This document shows, piece by piece, positions 25,892 to 34,619 of a DNA stretch of 64,000 nt. Source of the DNA: an uncultured Gemmatimonadota bacterium (GTDB lineage Bacteria; Blakebacterota; Blakebacteria; Blakebacterales; Blakebacteraceae); contig CAZNUA010000018.1 in assembly GCA_964576115.1 (NCBI GenBank), positions 1 to 64,000 on the forward strand, in the 5' to 3' direction. Numbering within the stretch: the stretch's first letter is position 1; every line of letters starts with the position of its first letter. The position numbers and the translations under genes are program-made. The notes under the pieces are model-generated. The model was not told the DNA's origin. It made no database searches and saw only the letters and a list, made by a program, of their open reading frames with translations.

Positions 25892-27166
25892 CTATTCTAA
25901 CAGCGGCGCTCCCACGATCGCCTCGGCGATCTCGGGATCCAGACCGGTCGCGAAGGCCACCCGGTTTCCCTGGCAGCGAAGAACGTGCTCCGGACCGTGC
26001 AGTTTTTCCAGGATCGGTTCGAACATGGCCGCGAATTCCGCTGCATCCCCGGCACTGTCCCAGTAACTGATGCCGACGATGGTGATGGCGTCGGCGGCAT
26101 TGGTGAAAGCGGTGAATCGGCAGCCGTCCCAACCCTCGGCCGCCTGTGCGGACTCGGCCGGCGGAGTGCCGTGAATCTCGCCCAGCGCTCTCAGGTCGTA
26201 CTCGCCCAGGCTGTTGCTGCAGTAGGCTTCCCACCCGGCCGGCATCCGGCCGGCGATTCCAGCCAGATCGATCTCCTCGGGCACATCCCCCGCCAGATAT
26301 TTCTCCACGTGCAGGGTCTGCTCTTCGGAAACCGGCATGCAGTAGAGCAGGTCGGCCAGTGGTTCCTCGGGGCGGGCCTCATACACCCCCTGTACGAAAG
26401 TCGATCCGACGACATAGGGTTCGAAGAGGAAATCGACCACGAGGCGGGGCGGTGCGTTCCGGTTCTCCCGCCTCAGATCCCCGGCACTCCGGATGAAGTT
26501 GGCCCGCATGAAAGCACCCACGTCGGGGAGCGCGGCCAGGGGTATCCACTGGGCGACCGAGAGCATGACCATGCAGGCCATCCCCTCGAGGACCGACCGG
26601 TGGGCGAAACTTCGATCAAGATTCTCGAGATCCTCCAGGAACAGGGCCTCCATATCCACCACCCGGTCCTGCAGGGCGTGGGTGAGTTCGTGGGCGATCA
26701 CCATGCGTCGGAGATACAGCTGCTTCATCGCCGCCGGGGTGTCGAGCAGGGTGATGTAGATCTTTTTCTGGGTTTCATAGCCCGCTCCCGCCTGATCGGC
26801 CAGGAAGGTGAGGAATCCCTCCTGCAGACCGTACCCGCGCGGCACCATCCCCAGTTCGCCGAGAGCCCGGCCCAACCGGTTCCACTCGTCGCCGGGGAAG
26901 CTGTCCTGACCGGTACTGTCCACGTGGGCCCGCAGTTCGGCCCGGGTCCACACTTCGATCGGGACCGGCGGGCCGGTTTCGAATCCGGTCAGCTCGCAGA
27001 CGCGCGGCATGATAGTGGACGCCTGAGAAGAAACGATCTCGTATTCCCGGCCGCGAGCGGGGTCGGAGGGATACTGAGCCTCGACCGGCAGCGAGGTCGC
27101 AATGATGAACGCGAACGCTAATGTGAAGACTGAAATCTGACGGCGTCTGGTCATTGTAGGCTCCAT
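25892..27166 (-). CDS. Secreted zincin-like metallopeptidase (HExxH)
   Basis: Signal peptide. AHELTHALQD followed by LEG-x-A, PY-x-x-G-x-x-FV, AAEGWDG. Confidence 0.7.
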   Translation of the reverse strand: MEPTMTRRRQISVFTLAFAFIIATSLPVEAQYPSDPARGREYEIVSSQASTIMPRVCELTGFETGPPVPIEVWTRAELRAHVDSTGQDSFPGDEWNRLGRALGELGMVPRGYGLQEGFLTFLADQAGAGYETQKKIYITLLDTPAAMKQLYLRRMVIAHELTHALQDRVVDMEALFLEDLENLDRSFAHRSVLEGMACMVMLSVAQWIPLAALPDVGAFMRANFIRSAGDLRRENRNAPPRLVVDFLFEPYVVGSTFVQGVYEARPEEPLADLLYCMPVSEEQTLHVEKYLAGDVPEEIDLAGIAGRMPAGWEAYCSNSLGEYDLRALGEIHGTPPAESAQAAEGWDGCRFTAFTNAADAITIVGISYWDSAGDAAEFAAMFEPILEKLHGPEHVLRCQGNRVAFATGLDPEIAEAIVGAPLLE

Positions 27167-27171
27167 TTTTC

Positions 27172-29910
27172 TTATTCGTCTCGCAGCAGAGCCACCGGAT
27201 CGGCTGCGGCGGCCCGCCGGGCCGGCCCCCAGGTCGCCGCCACTCCAACCCCGAGAAAGATGACGGTGATGAACAGATAGGTCGCCGGATCCGAAGGCCG
27301 GACACCGATCAGCAGGGAGGCCAGAGCGCCTCCCAGCGCGAAAGCCGTCACCAGCCCGACCGCCAGTCCGATGACGACCAGCCTCAGCCCCTCGCGCATG
27401 ACTGTGCCCAGTACGTCGCGGTGTTCGGCTCCCAGGGCGATCCTCACCCCGACCTCGTGCATGCGCCGGGCGACATCGAAAGACACGGTCCCGTAGAGCC
27501 CGATCAGGCCGAGCAGGAGCGCCAGCAGCCCGAGACCGCCGAGCAGGGTGGCCAGCAGACGGGGGACGAAGAGCATGATCTCGAGGTGCTCGTGGATAGT
27601 TTTGGCTTCAAAGACCGGGATGTCGGGATCCACGGCCCGGGCCTCTTCATAGACCAGCGGCAGGAGGGGAGCCGGGGGGCCCGAGGTGCGGGCCACGATG
27701 CTCATGCGGCTCGAGAAACTCTGCTCGAAGGGCAGGTAGATGAAACCGCGCGGTCTTTCTCCCAGGGTGCGGTACTTGCCGTTGCGGGCCACACCGACCA
27801 CTTCCCAGACGGTCTCGCCGGTAAAGCCGACCCGCAACCGGCGGCCGATCGGATTAGCGTCGGCCCACAGCCGCCGGGCCAGGGTCTCGTTGATGACGGC
27901 CACCGGGCGGGCGCCCTCGGTATCTCCGGCTTCGAAACTCCGTCCGCTCAGCAGGGGGATGCCCATGGTCGTGAAGTAGTTGACGCCGATCCGGGCGACA
28001 TCGGCCTCGGCTGCCGCTCCGTCCTCTTCTTCACGATCGGCATCGCTGATGTGCGAGTTGGCGATCCCCGCTCCCAGCGGCAGGGAGGTGATCAGAGCGG
28101 CTTCTTCGACGCCCGGCAGGGCGGCGATGCGCTCCCGCATCTGGTGAAAGTAGCGCCGGATCGTTTCGGGTTCGGAGTGCTTCACGGCCGATTCGAAGAG
28201 GACCGTGAAACCCTGTGTGGTCGCGAAGCCGGGATCGGTGCTGCCGGCGCTGGCCAGGCTGCGCAGAAAAAGACCGGTGCAGATCAGCAACAGGGTCGAC
28301 ACAGCCACCTGACCGACGACCAGGATCCGGCGCAGGTGGAAACGCTGCCGTCCGCCCCGGAAACTGTCACGGCTTTTGAGCGAGGCGACCAGATCGGTCC
28401 GGATCGACTGGGCCGCCGGCAACAGTCCGAAGACGATTCCGGTTACGACGGCGACTGCGCCGGTGAAGAGAACCACACCCGCATTTAGCCCCAGGTCGAG
28501 GTTGATCGGAATGGGCAGAGGAGGCTGGAAGGTCATCAGGGCTCGCTGCAGAACCCAGGCGACCGCCAGACCCGCCGCCCCGCCGGCCAGGGCCAGCAGG
28601 AGGCTTTCGGCCAGCAGCTGGCGCACCAGGCGCCACCGGCTCGATCCCAGAGCCAGTCGGACGGCGATCTCGCGCCGTCGGGCGGTGGCACGGGCCAGAA
28701 GCATACCGGCCAGGTTGGTACAGGCGATCAGCAGGGCCAGGCCGACCATGACCATCAGGAACTGCAGGAACAGGCGCACCGGGGTGTCGATCAGACCGTG
28801 GACGCCGATATCCTCGACGGCCACGACGGTGAAATGATAGTCACCGGAATGCAGTTCGTGGATTGCAGCCTCGGCGGCCTGGATCACCGCTGAGGCTTCG
28901 GCCTGCCCGACGCCGGGGCGCCGCCGTCCCTTGACACTGAAGAGGAACTGTGTTTCCCGATTCATCAGGTCGGCCAGACCGCCCCCGATCATGGGGTCGT
29001 GGGTGATCGGAACCCAGATCTCCGACGTCATCGGGAGCATGCCGGTGAATTGCGCAGGGGCCACCCCGACGATCCTGTATTCCACCCCGTTCAGGCGAAA
29101 TGATTGCCCGAGAACGTCCCGGTCGCCGCCATAGCGTTCCTGCCAGGTCTGATGACCCAGCACGATCGTCGGTTCGGCTCCGGGCTCATCGTCGGCCCCG
29201 TCGATGAAGAAACGGCCGAGAGCGGGAACGATACCGAAGGCCGAGAAGTAGTTGGCTGTCACCGCTTCCCCGAAGACGTACTCGCTGTGGCCATCGGACT
29301 CGTGCACCCCGATCGAGATATCGTACGTGATGAGATCGCTGAAGACATCTTCGGTGAGCCGGCGCAGATCGAGATAGTCGGGATAGGAAAAGGGACCATA
29401 GGTGAAGTCGTCTCCCGACCAGTAGATCTCCATCAGTTCCTCGGGAGCCTCGACCGGCAGAGAGCGCAGGAAGATCGATTCGAAGAGACTGAAGATGGCC
29501 GAGTTGACCCCGATCCCCAGTGCCAGCGAGACCACCGCCACGAAGACGAAGCCGGGAGAGCGCCGGAAAGAGCGCAGGCTGTAGCCGATATCGCGGCCCA
29601 GGTCGGCCAGGGCCGCGGCGACACCACCCCGTCTCTTCAGGACGGTTTCTCCGGCGTCGAACCACTGCCCGGCTAGTTTTTCCCGTTGTCCGTGCTCGAG
29701 TATGTCGAGATGCTCCGCGAGGTCGTTCCACTCCCCCAGGCGGGTCAGGGCCTCTCGCTCGGCCTCGGCTTCGGTGAGTCCACGGGCGCGGGCCTCGATC
29801 CAGCTCTCTTCGAGCTGGTTGGCGATCTCGGCGGTGATCTCTTCACGCCGGTCGTGTGTGAGGGCCTCGAGCGGCAGGTTCCGTCTGATGAGTTCGGTCC
29901 AGTCAGGCAT
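27172..29910 (-). CDS. ADOP-type duplicated ABC permease #5
   Basis: Helical prefix EITAEIANQLEE, then LALGIGVNSAIFS, LIACTNLAGMLLAR, EIAVRLALG. C-terminus DPVALLRDE. Confidence 0.9.
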   Translation of the reverse strand: MPDWTELIRRNLPLEALTHDRREEITAEIANQLEESWIEARARGLTEAEAEREALTRLGEWNDLAEHLDILEHGQREKLAGQWFDAGETVLKRRGGVAAALADLGRDIGYSLRSFRRSPGFVFVAVVSLALGIGVNSAIFSLFESIFLRSLPVEAPEELMEIYWSGDDFTYGPFSYPDYLDLRRLTEDVFSDLITYDISIGVHESDGHSEYVFGEAVTANYFSAFGIVPALGRFFIDGADDEPGAEPTIVLGHQTWQERYGGDRDVLGQSFRLNGVEYRIVGVAPAQFTGMLPMTSEIWVPITHDPMIGGGLADLMNRETQFLFSVKGRRRPGVGQAEASAVIQAAEAAIHELHSGDYHFTVVAVEDIGVHGLIDTPVRLFLQFLMVMVGLALLIACTNLAGMLLARATARRREIAVRLALGSSRWRLVRQLLAESLLLALAGGAAGLAVAWVLQRALMTFQPPLPIPINLDLGLNAGVVLFTGAVAVVTGIVFGLLPAAQSIRTDLVASLKSRDSFRGGRQRFHLRRILVVGQVAVSTLLLICTGLFLRSLASAGSTDPGFATTQGFTVLFESAVKHSEPETIRRYFHQMRERIAALPGVEEAALITSLPLGAGIANSHISDADREEEDGAAAEADVARIGVNYFTTMGIPLLSGRSFEAGDTEGARPVAVINETLARRLWADANPIGRRLRVGFTGETVWEVVGVARNGKYRTLGERPRGFIYLPFEQSFSSRMSIVARTSGPPAPLLPLVYEEARAVDPDIPVFEAKTIHEHLEIMLFVPRLLATLLGGLGLLALLLGLIGLYGTVSFDVARRMHEVGVRIALGAEHRDVLGTVMREGLRLVVIGLAVGLVTAFALGGALASLLIGVRPSDPATYLFITVIFLGVGVAATWGPARRAAAADPVALLRDE

Positions 29911-30235
29911 GGTCGAATCCGATGACGTCGTTGACCGCCAGGCTGAACTCGGCCCACTCCCGGCGCTGCTCGACCAGGGCCTGCTCGCCCCGGGGAGTGA
30001 GGTGGTAATAGCGCCGGCGGCGCTGGCCGGGCTTTTCGACCCAGCGGCCGCTGATCCACCCGCGTTGCTGCATGCGCACCAGAATCGGATACAGGGACGA
30101 GATATGGAACTGGATGCGGCCCTCGCTGCGCAGTTCGATCAGCTTCCCGATCTCGTACCCGTGGCGCGATTCCTCCTGCAGCATGGTCAGGATCAACAGT
30201 TCGGCGCTGCCCTTCTTGAGTGCTTCTCCTCCCAC
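29903..30235 (-). CDS. PadR-family regulator
   Basis: LKKGSAELLIL, RHGYEIG, SSLYPIL-x-RM, RRRRYYHLT. GAGGAG RBS before GTG 30235. Overlaps the permease start. Confidence 0.92.
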   Translation of the reverse strand: MGGEALKKGSAELLILTMLQEESRHGYEIGKLIELRSEGRIQFHISSLYPILVRMQQRGWISGRWVEKPGQRRRRYYHLTPRGEQALVEQRREWAEFSLAVNDVIGFDHA

Positions 30236-30261
30236 GGGAATCTCCTCGTTTATGGCTCCCA

Positions 30262-30341
30262 TATGTATCGATCATATATACGCAGGTCCCGATCCGGAGT
30301 TGCAGCGGATGACGTAAACCGCTCATCATCATCCAGCGTCA
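30262..30341. promoter_or_regulatory. Back-to-back divergent ECF-type promoters with an AT-rich palindrome
   Basis: Minus: TGCAAC-N16-CGTAT (30304-30278) abutting TATGT-N7-ATATA (30262-30278). Plus: TAAAC-N17-CGTCA (30315-30341). Confidence 0.55.
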
Positions 30342-30376
30342 TCTCCGGGGAGGGGGATCGGTTAAGGGGTACCGTT

Positions 30377-30937
30377 ATGAACCTGCTGAAAGCGGACAGC
30401 GGGATGGTGATAATCTGCACCCTGCTCGCTCTGTCCGTGCTCACTGCCCCGGTCCGGGCTCAACCCGATATCGCCGGCGAATACGATTTCTCGGGTCATG
30501 CCGGCGTCACCTTTACCAGCTGGGCCGGCCAGGGTGAGTTCTACGGCTTCATCATACCGGTGGGTAAACTCGACGCCTCCAAGGTCGATTTTCATTCCGC
30601 TACCGCCGAAGGTGTCATGGGGGCCGAATTCCTGGGCTATTCCCGCGAGCGTCTGATCGGAGTACATGCCGGAATCTCGCGTTATCTGGGGTACACAGAC
30701 CTGGTGGCCTCGCTCGGTGCCGGCCTGTGCTGGGGGCGCCGCTTCCGGCTCTACTGCGACGAGGACGGTATGTACAGCGGGCGCGATTTCTACGTCCGTG
30801 ATCGAGCCCGCACCCGGTTTATGCTCGATCTCGAGGCGTCTCTGGCCTGGCGCGGCGATGATTTCATTGCCGGAATCGGCGTGCGGTTGGCAACCCGCTC
30901 GATCTTTGTCCGGATCGGCTTCCCTGCCGCATGGTAG
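30377..30937 (+). CDS. Hypothetical secreted protein, possibly a small outer-membrane beta-barrel
   Basis: Signal peptide ending PVRA-Q, amphipathic beta-strands and an aromatic C-terminus. Confidence 0.55.
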   Translation: MNLLKADSGMVIICTLLALSVLTAPVRAQPDIAGEYDFSGHAGVTFTSWAGQGEFYGFIIPVGKLDASKVDFHSATAEGVMGAEFLGYSRERLIGVHAGISRYLGYTDLVASLGAGLCWGRRFRLYCDEDGMYSGRDFYVRDRARTRFMLDLEASLAWRGDDFIAGIGVRLATRSIFVRIGFPAAW

Positions 30938-31033
30938 GGCGCCCGCACGCGGTTTGACCGCTACTGACGTGCGGGCGCCCCGGGGGGGAATCGGTCGTCG
31001 CTCGTGAATCGAGCCGGCCACCCGAGGAAGGGC

Positions 31034-31402
31034 TCATTCGGGGAGCTGGTCGAATACCTCCTGCAGCTGTTCGCGGTAGTGGCGAAAAGCCTCTCGCCCG
31101 GATCGGGTCAGGGAAATCATGGTCGTGGCGCGCTTGCCGACGAAGGTCTTCTCGATTTCCACGTACCCGGCCTCTTCGAGCACGCTCAGGTGACTGGAGA
31201 GATTTCCCCAGGTCAGGTCGGTCAGATTCATCAGGAAGATGAAGTCGGCACTCTCCAGCGTGTAGAGGGTTGTGACGATCATGAGCCGGGCCGGGGAGTG
31301 CACGATCCTGTCCAGATCGGCCAGGGGGTGACGCCCGGGCGCTTCGGTCGAAGTTGGGCCCGGATTGTGCTCCTCCCCGGAGCCGTTCCCGTTGCGGGTC
31401 AT
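31034..31402 (-). CDS. Winged-helix transcriptional regulator (HTH_34/MarR-like)
   Basis: LDRIVHSPARL-x-I, LTWGNLSSHL-x-x-LEEAGYV, LT-x-x-GR-x-AF. ATGA-coupled to the upstream gene. Confidence 0.9.
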   Translation of the reverse strand: MTRNGNGSGEEHNPGPTSTEAPGRHPLADLDRIVHSPARLMIVTTLYTLESADFIFLMNLTDLTWGNLSSHLSVLEEAGYVEIEKTFVGKRATTMISLTRSGREAFRHYREQLQEVFDQLPE

Positions 31403-32046
31403 ACCCCGTTTTCCCGGTTGTGGATCGCCGGTCGGGGATAAGCGCGCAGGAACCGCACCAGCAACACCGTCCCGATTAGAATCATGACCCCGCCGAAGAA
31501 CCCGAAAACGATCGTAAAGGCATGAGCGGTATGCTCGCGCAGCAGGACCGCCAGCGGCATCGAGAGGGCGAAGAACCAGGCATAGAGATAGGCACGGTCC
31601 CAGTCGAGGTAGTACGCGCCCAGGCTGAAAACGACCAGGCAGTTGATACTGAAGATGACGAGAGGGAGCAGGGCGGCGAACGGTGAACCACTGCCCTGAG
31701 TGAGCAGTGCGAAGACGAAGAGTATCAGGCCGAGCAGGACCGAGGCGGCCAGGACAAGTCGGGTTTTTCTGATCTTCTTTTTCCGTTCTGCGCCGAATTT
31801 CACGCGCCCCAGGCGGGGGACGGTGATGAAACGTTTGGCCATCAGGAAACCGGCTATCAGAACGACTGCCACGATGATCAGACCGACTATCGAATCGCGC
31901 ATGCCGCTGATGCCGAGTTCCTCGAGGATGGCACCTCCGCCGAGCAGAAAGAGCACGGCTCCGAGGTAGATGTCCCAGATGCCGTCCTGAAAGGTTGCCC
32001 GGAAGGCCTTCTTCTCGATGTCTGAAACTGAAAAGATGTTCACCAT
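31399..32046 (-). CDS. Hypothetical integral membrane protein
   Basis: About 6 hydrophobic segments. Motifs FQDGIWDI-x-LG and ITVPRLG-x-VKF. Confidence 0.75.
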   Translation of the reverse strand: MVNIFSVSDIEKKAFRATFQDGIWDIYLGAVLFLLGGGAILEELGISGMRDSIVGLIIVAVVLIAGFLMAKRFITVPRLGRVKFGAERKKKIRKTRLVLAASVLLGLILFVFALLTQGSGSPFAALLPLVIFSINCLVVFSLGAYYLDWDRAYLYAWFFALSMPLAVLLREHTAHAFTIVFGFFGGVMILIGTVLLVRFLRAYPRPAIHNRENGV

Positions 32047-32135
32047 GATCGTCAGGTCCCATTTCTGTGTGCCGGTGGTCTCTGTACCACCCGGGTCTGA
32101 GGGGTGGAATTTCCAAACCACATTGATTTTCCATG

Positions 32136-32154
32136 TACTTTGCTTTCCAAAGTA
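32136..32154. promoter_or_regulatory. Palindromic operator for the membrane protein + winged-helix module
   Basis: Perfect TACTTTG-N5-CAAAGTA, with TTGACG on the minus strand at 32176-32171. Confidence 0.7.
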
Positions 32155-32302
32155 TATACGTCAGTTCCCCCGTCAAGTTTCAGTTCGAATGCACAGGCCG
32201 CATTTGCATACCGGGCAGGTGAACCTTTTGGCGCCCCCGGAAGTATTGTGGGACAACAACCGGTGCCGATAATCTTCAACCTGGCCTTCCCGGGAGGTTC
32301 TG

Positions 32303-34522
32303 GTGCGCGTTCTTTCAGCCCTGCTCTGTGCTGTCCTGCTCAACCTGTGCTCTGGGTCAGTCGCGGCCGGCAATGTTCGATCGTCCGATCCGGATACCCG
32401 GGATCCCCGGGCAGATATCCGGCCTCTGCGGGCCGAGGTCGCACCGGTGATCGACGGCGCTCTCGACGATGCCCTCTGGCGGAACGAACCGATTTCAGAA
32501 CCCTTCATCACTTATAACCCCACCCGTGGCGACATCCTGCCGCAGCACACCGAGGTCTGGGTCGCCTGCGACGACGAGAACCTCTATTTCGCCTTCCGCT
32601 GTCACGACAGCGAAGCGGACCGTATCAGGACCACCATCACCCAACGGGATAATATTTTTGCGGATGACTGGGTGGGGATCTCGCTCGACGCTCTGGGAAC
32701 CCGGCAGACCTCGTACGATCTCTTCGTCAATCCGAGCGGGATCCAGGGCGATATTCTCACCTCGGCCGTGAGCGGCGAGGACCTGGCCCCCGACTTCGTC
32801 TGGGAGAGTGCCGGACGGGTGACCGCTGAGGGGTACGAGGTGGAGATGAAGGTGCCCCTGCGCAGTATCCGCTTCCGCAGCGGCCGGGAGGTGCGGATGG
32901 GGATCCTCTTCTGGCGCCGCATCAGCCGTCTCGGGGTGAGCGGTTCGTGGCCCGAACTCCCGGCCGGCACGAGCGTCTTCGCCTCCCACGCCCCGCTTCT
33001 GTTCGAAGAGCTCCGCGCCCCCCTCCTGCTCGAATTCCTGCCCAGCGTGACCTGGGGGTCGAATCGCGAGCGGCAGAGCACGTCGGCCTGGGCCGACCGG
33101 GATATCTCGCGTGACCTCGGGATCAGTATGAAATACGGTCTCACGTCAGCGGTTACTGCCGAGGCCACCTGGAATCCCGACTTCAGCCAGGTCGAAAGCG
33201 ATGCCTTCCAGGCCGAGGTGAACCGGCGCTACGACGTGTTCTATGAAGAAAAACGGCCCTTTTTCATGGAGGGGGTCGACATCTTCGATTTCGCTCTGAT
33301 CGGGCACGGCTACATGGGCACCGTGCTGCATACGCGGAATATCGTCGACCCCCTCTGGGGCGGCAAACTGACCGGCACCGTCGGCCAGGCCTCCTTCGGT
33401 CTGCTTGGCGCCGGCGATGAGTGGCCCGGGTATGCCTGGGAAGGAGCCGAGAATCCGAACCTGGGGAAGCAGGCGCAGTTCCTGATCGGACGGGGCAAAT
33501 ACAGCCTGGGTCGAGACTCCTACGTGGGCCTGCTCTATTCCGGGCGCACCTTCGCGGGGCACGAGAACGCCGTTGTAGGGGCCGACACCCGGCTCTGGTT
33601 CGGGGAGCGCACGACGGCCAGCCTCGGCGTGCTGGGCAGTTCTACGACCGACGTTGGGGGAGCGGCAGCCCACGGCACCTCGGTCCAGGCCACCTATAAT
33701 TACGCCACCCGTGGTTTCGGAGCCGCGGCGGCGTTTGAGCACTACGACCGCACCTTCGCGATGGATTCGGCCTTCCTGAACCGCACCGGCGTCGACAACG
33801 GCTGGATCTGGCTCAGCCCCAATTTCTATCCCGAAAACGAGCGGCTCGGCTGGCTGCACCGCTGGAGTCCCGAACTGGTCCTCTCCCGCACCCGTGATCA
33901 TGTTACCGACAGAAGCGACGAGTACTACAGTCTGGCCCTGTCTACCTTCATGACCCGGCAGGGCAATCTGCGCCTGGAATACGGTTATTCGCGCGAGTGG
34001 TGGCAGGACCGCTTTTTCGACCAGGTGAGCCTGGCCCTCAACGGTGGAGTGCAGCTGTGGCGCTGGCTCGGTTTCGGCGGGCACGTGGCCCTCTCCGACG
34101 GGATCTACTACTGGTCCGATCCCGCCTACGCCGGCAAGAGCCGCTCGGCCGGCCTCGAGTGCAACCTCCAGCCGAATGCCCGCTTCAGTCAGGGTCTGTT
34201 CGTCTACCACGAACACTTCCGGCGGGCCGACAGCGGTGCCCGGGTCTATGAGGTGAACATCGTCGTGAGCCGGACGACCTATCAGTTCAACCGCTATTTC
34301 TTCGTGCGTGGTCTGGCCCAGTACGACAGCAGCCAGCGGCGCCTGCTGACCGATTTCCTGGCCTCATTCACACTCATCCCCGGCACTGTCATGCACCTGG
34401 GCTATGGTTCGATCTACGATCGGGGTGTTTGGAACGCCGGTCAATACGTGGCCGGCCGGGGGAGTCTGACCGAACTGCGGCGGGGCATTTTCTTCAAGGC
34501 CAGCTACCTCTGGCGCTTCTGA
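32303..34522 (+). CDS. DUF5916-family protein with a CBM9-like N-domain (paralog of 86-2272)
   Basis: Signal peptide. PVIDGALDD, NPDFSQVESD, EKRPFFMEG. C-terminus FFKASYLWRF. Confidence 0.88.
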   Translation: MRVLSALLCAVLLNLCSGSVAAGNVRSSDPDTRDPRADIRPLRAEVAPVIDGALDDALWRNEPISEPFITYNPTRGDILPQHTEVWVACDDENLYFAFRCHDSEADRIRTTITQRDNIFADDWVGISLDALGTRQTSYDLFVNPSGIQGDILTSAVSGEDLAPDFVWESAGRVTAEGYEVEMKVPLRSIRFRSGREVRMGILFWRRISRLGVSGSWPELPAGTSVFASHAPLLFEELRAPLLLEFLPSVTWGSNRERQSTSAWADRDISRDLGISMKYGLTSAVTAEATWNPDFSQVESDAFQAEVNRRYDVFYEEKRPFFMEGVDIFDFALIGHGYMGTVLHTRNIVDPLWGGKLTGTVGQASFGLLGAGDEWPGYAWEGAENPNLGKQAQFLIGRGKYSLGRDSYVGLLYSGRTFAGHENAVVGADTRLWFGERTTASLGVLGSSTTDVGGAAAHGTSVQATYNYATRGFGAAAAFEHYDRTFAMDSAFLNRTGVDNGWIWLSPNFYPENERLGWLHRWSPELVLSRTRDHVTDRSDEYYSLALSTFMTRQGNLRLEYGYSREWWQDRFFDQVSLALNGGVQLWRWLGFGGHVALSDGIYYWSDPAYAGKSRSAGLECNLQPNARFSQGLFVYHEHFRRADSGARVYEVNIVVSRTTYQFNRYFFVRGLAQYDSSQRRLLTDFLASFTLIPGTVMHLGYGSIYDRGVWNAGQYVAGRGSLTELRRGIFFKASYLWRF

Positions 34523-34619
34523 CCGGCGCGGCGACCGCTTAGCGGACTGCCGTGCACTCCGGCCCGGCCCCCTCTCGGTGACCTCGTTCCTTCCTCTCGG
34601 TCTGGACCGGGAACCCGAC

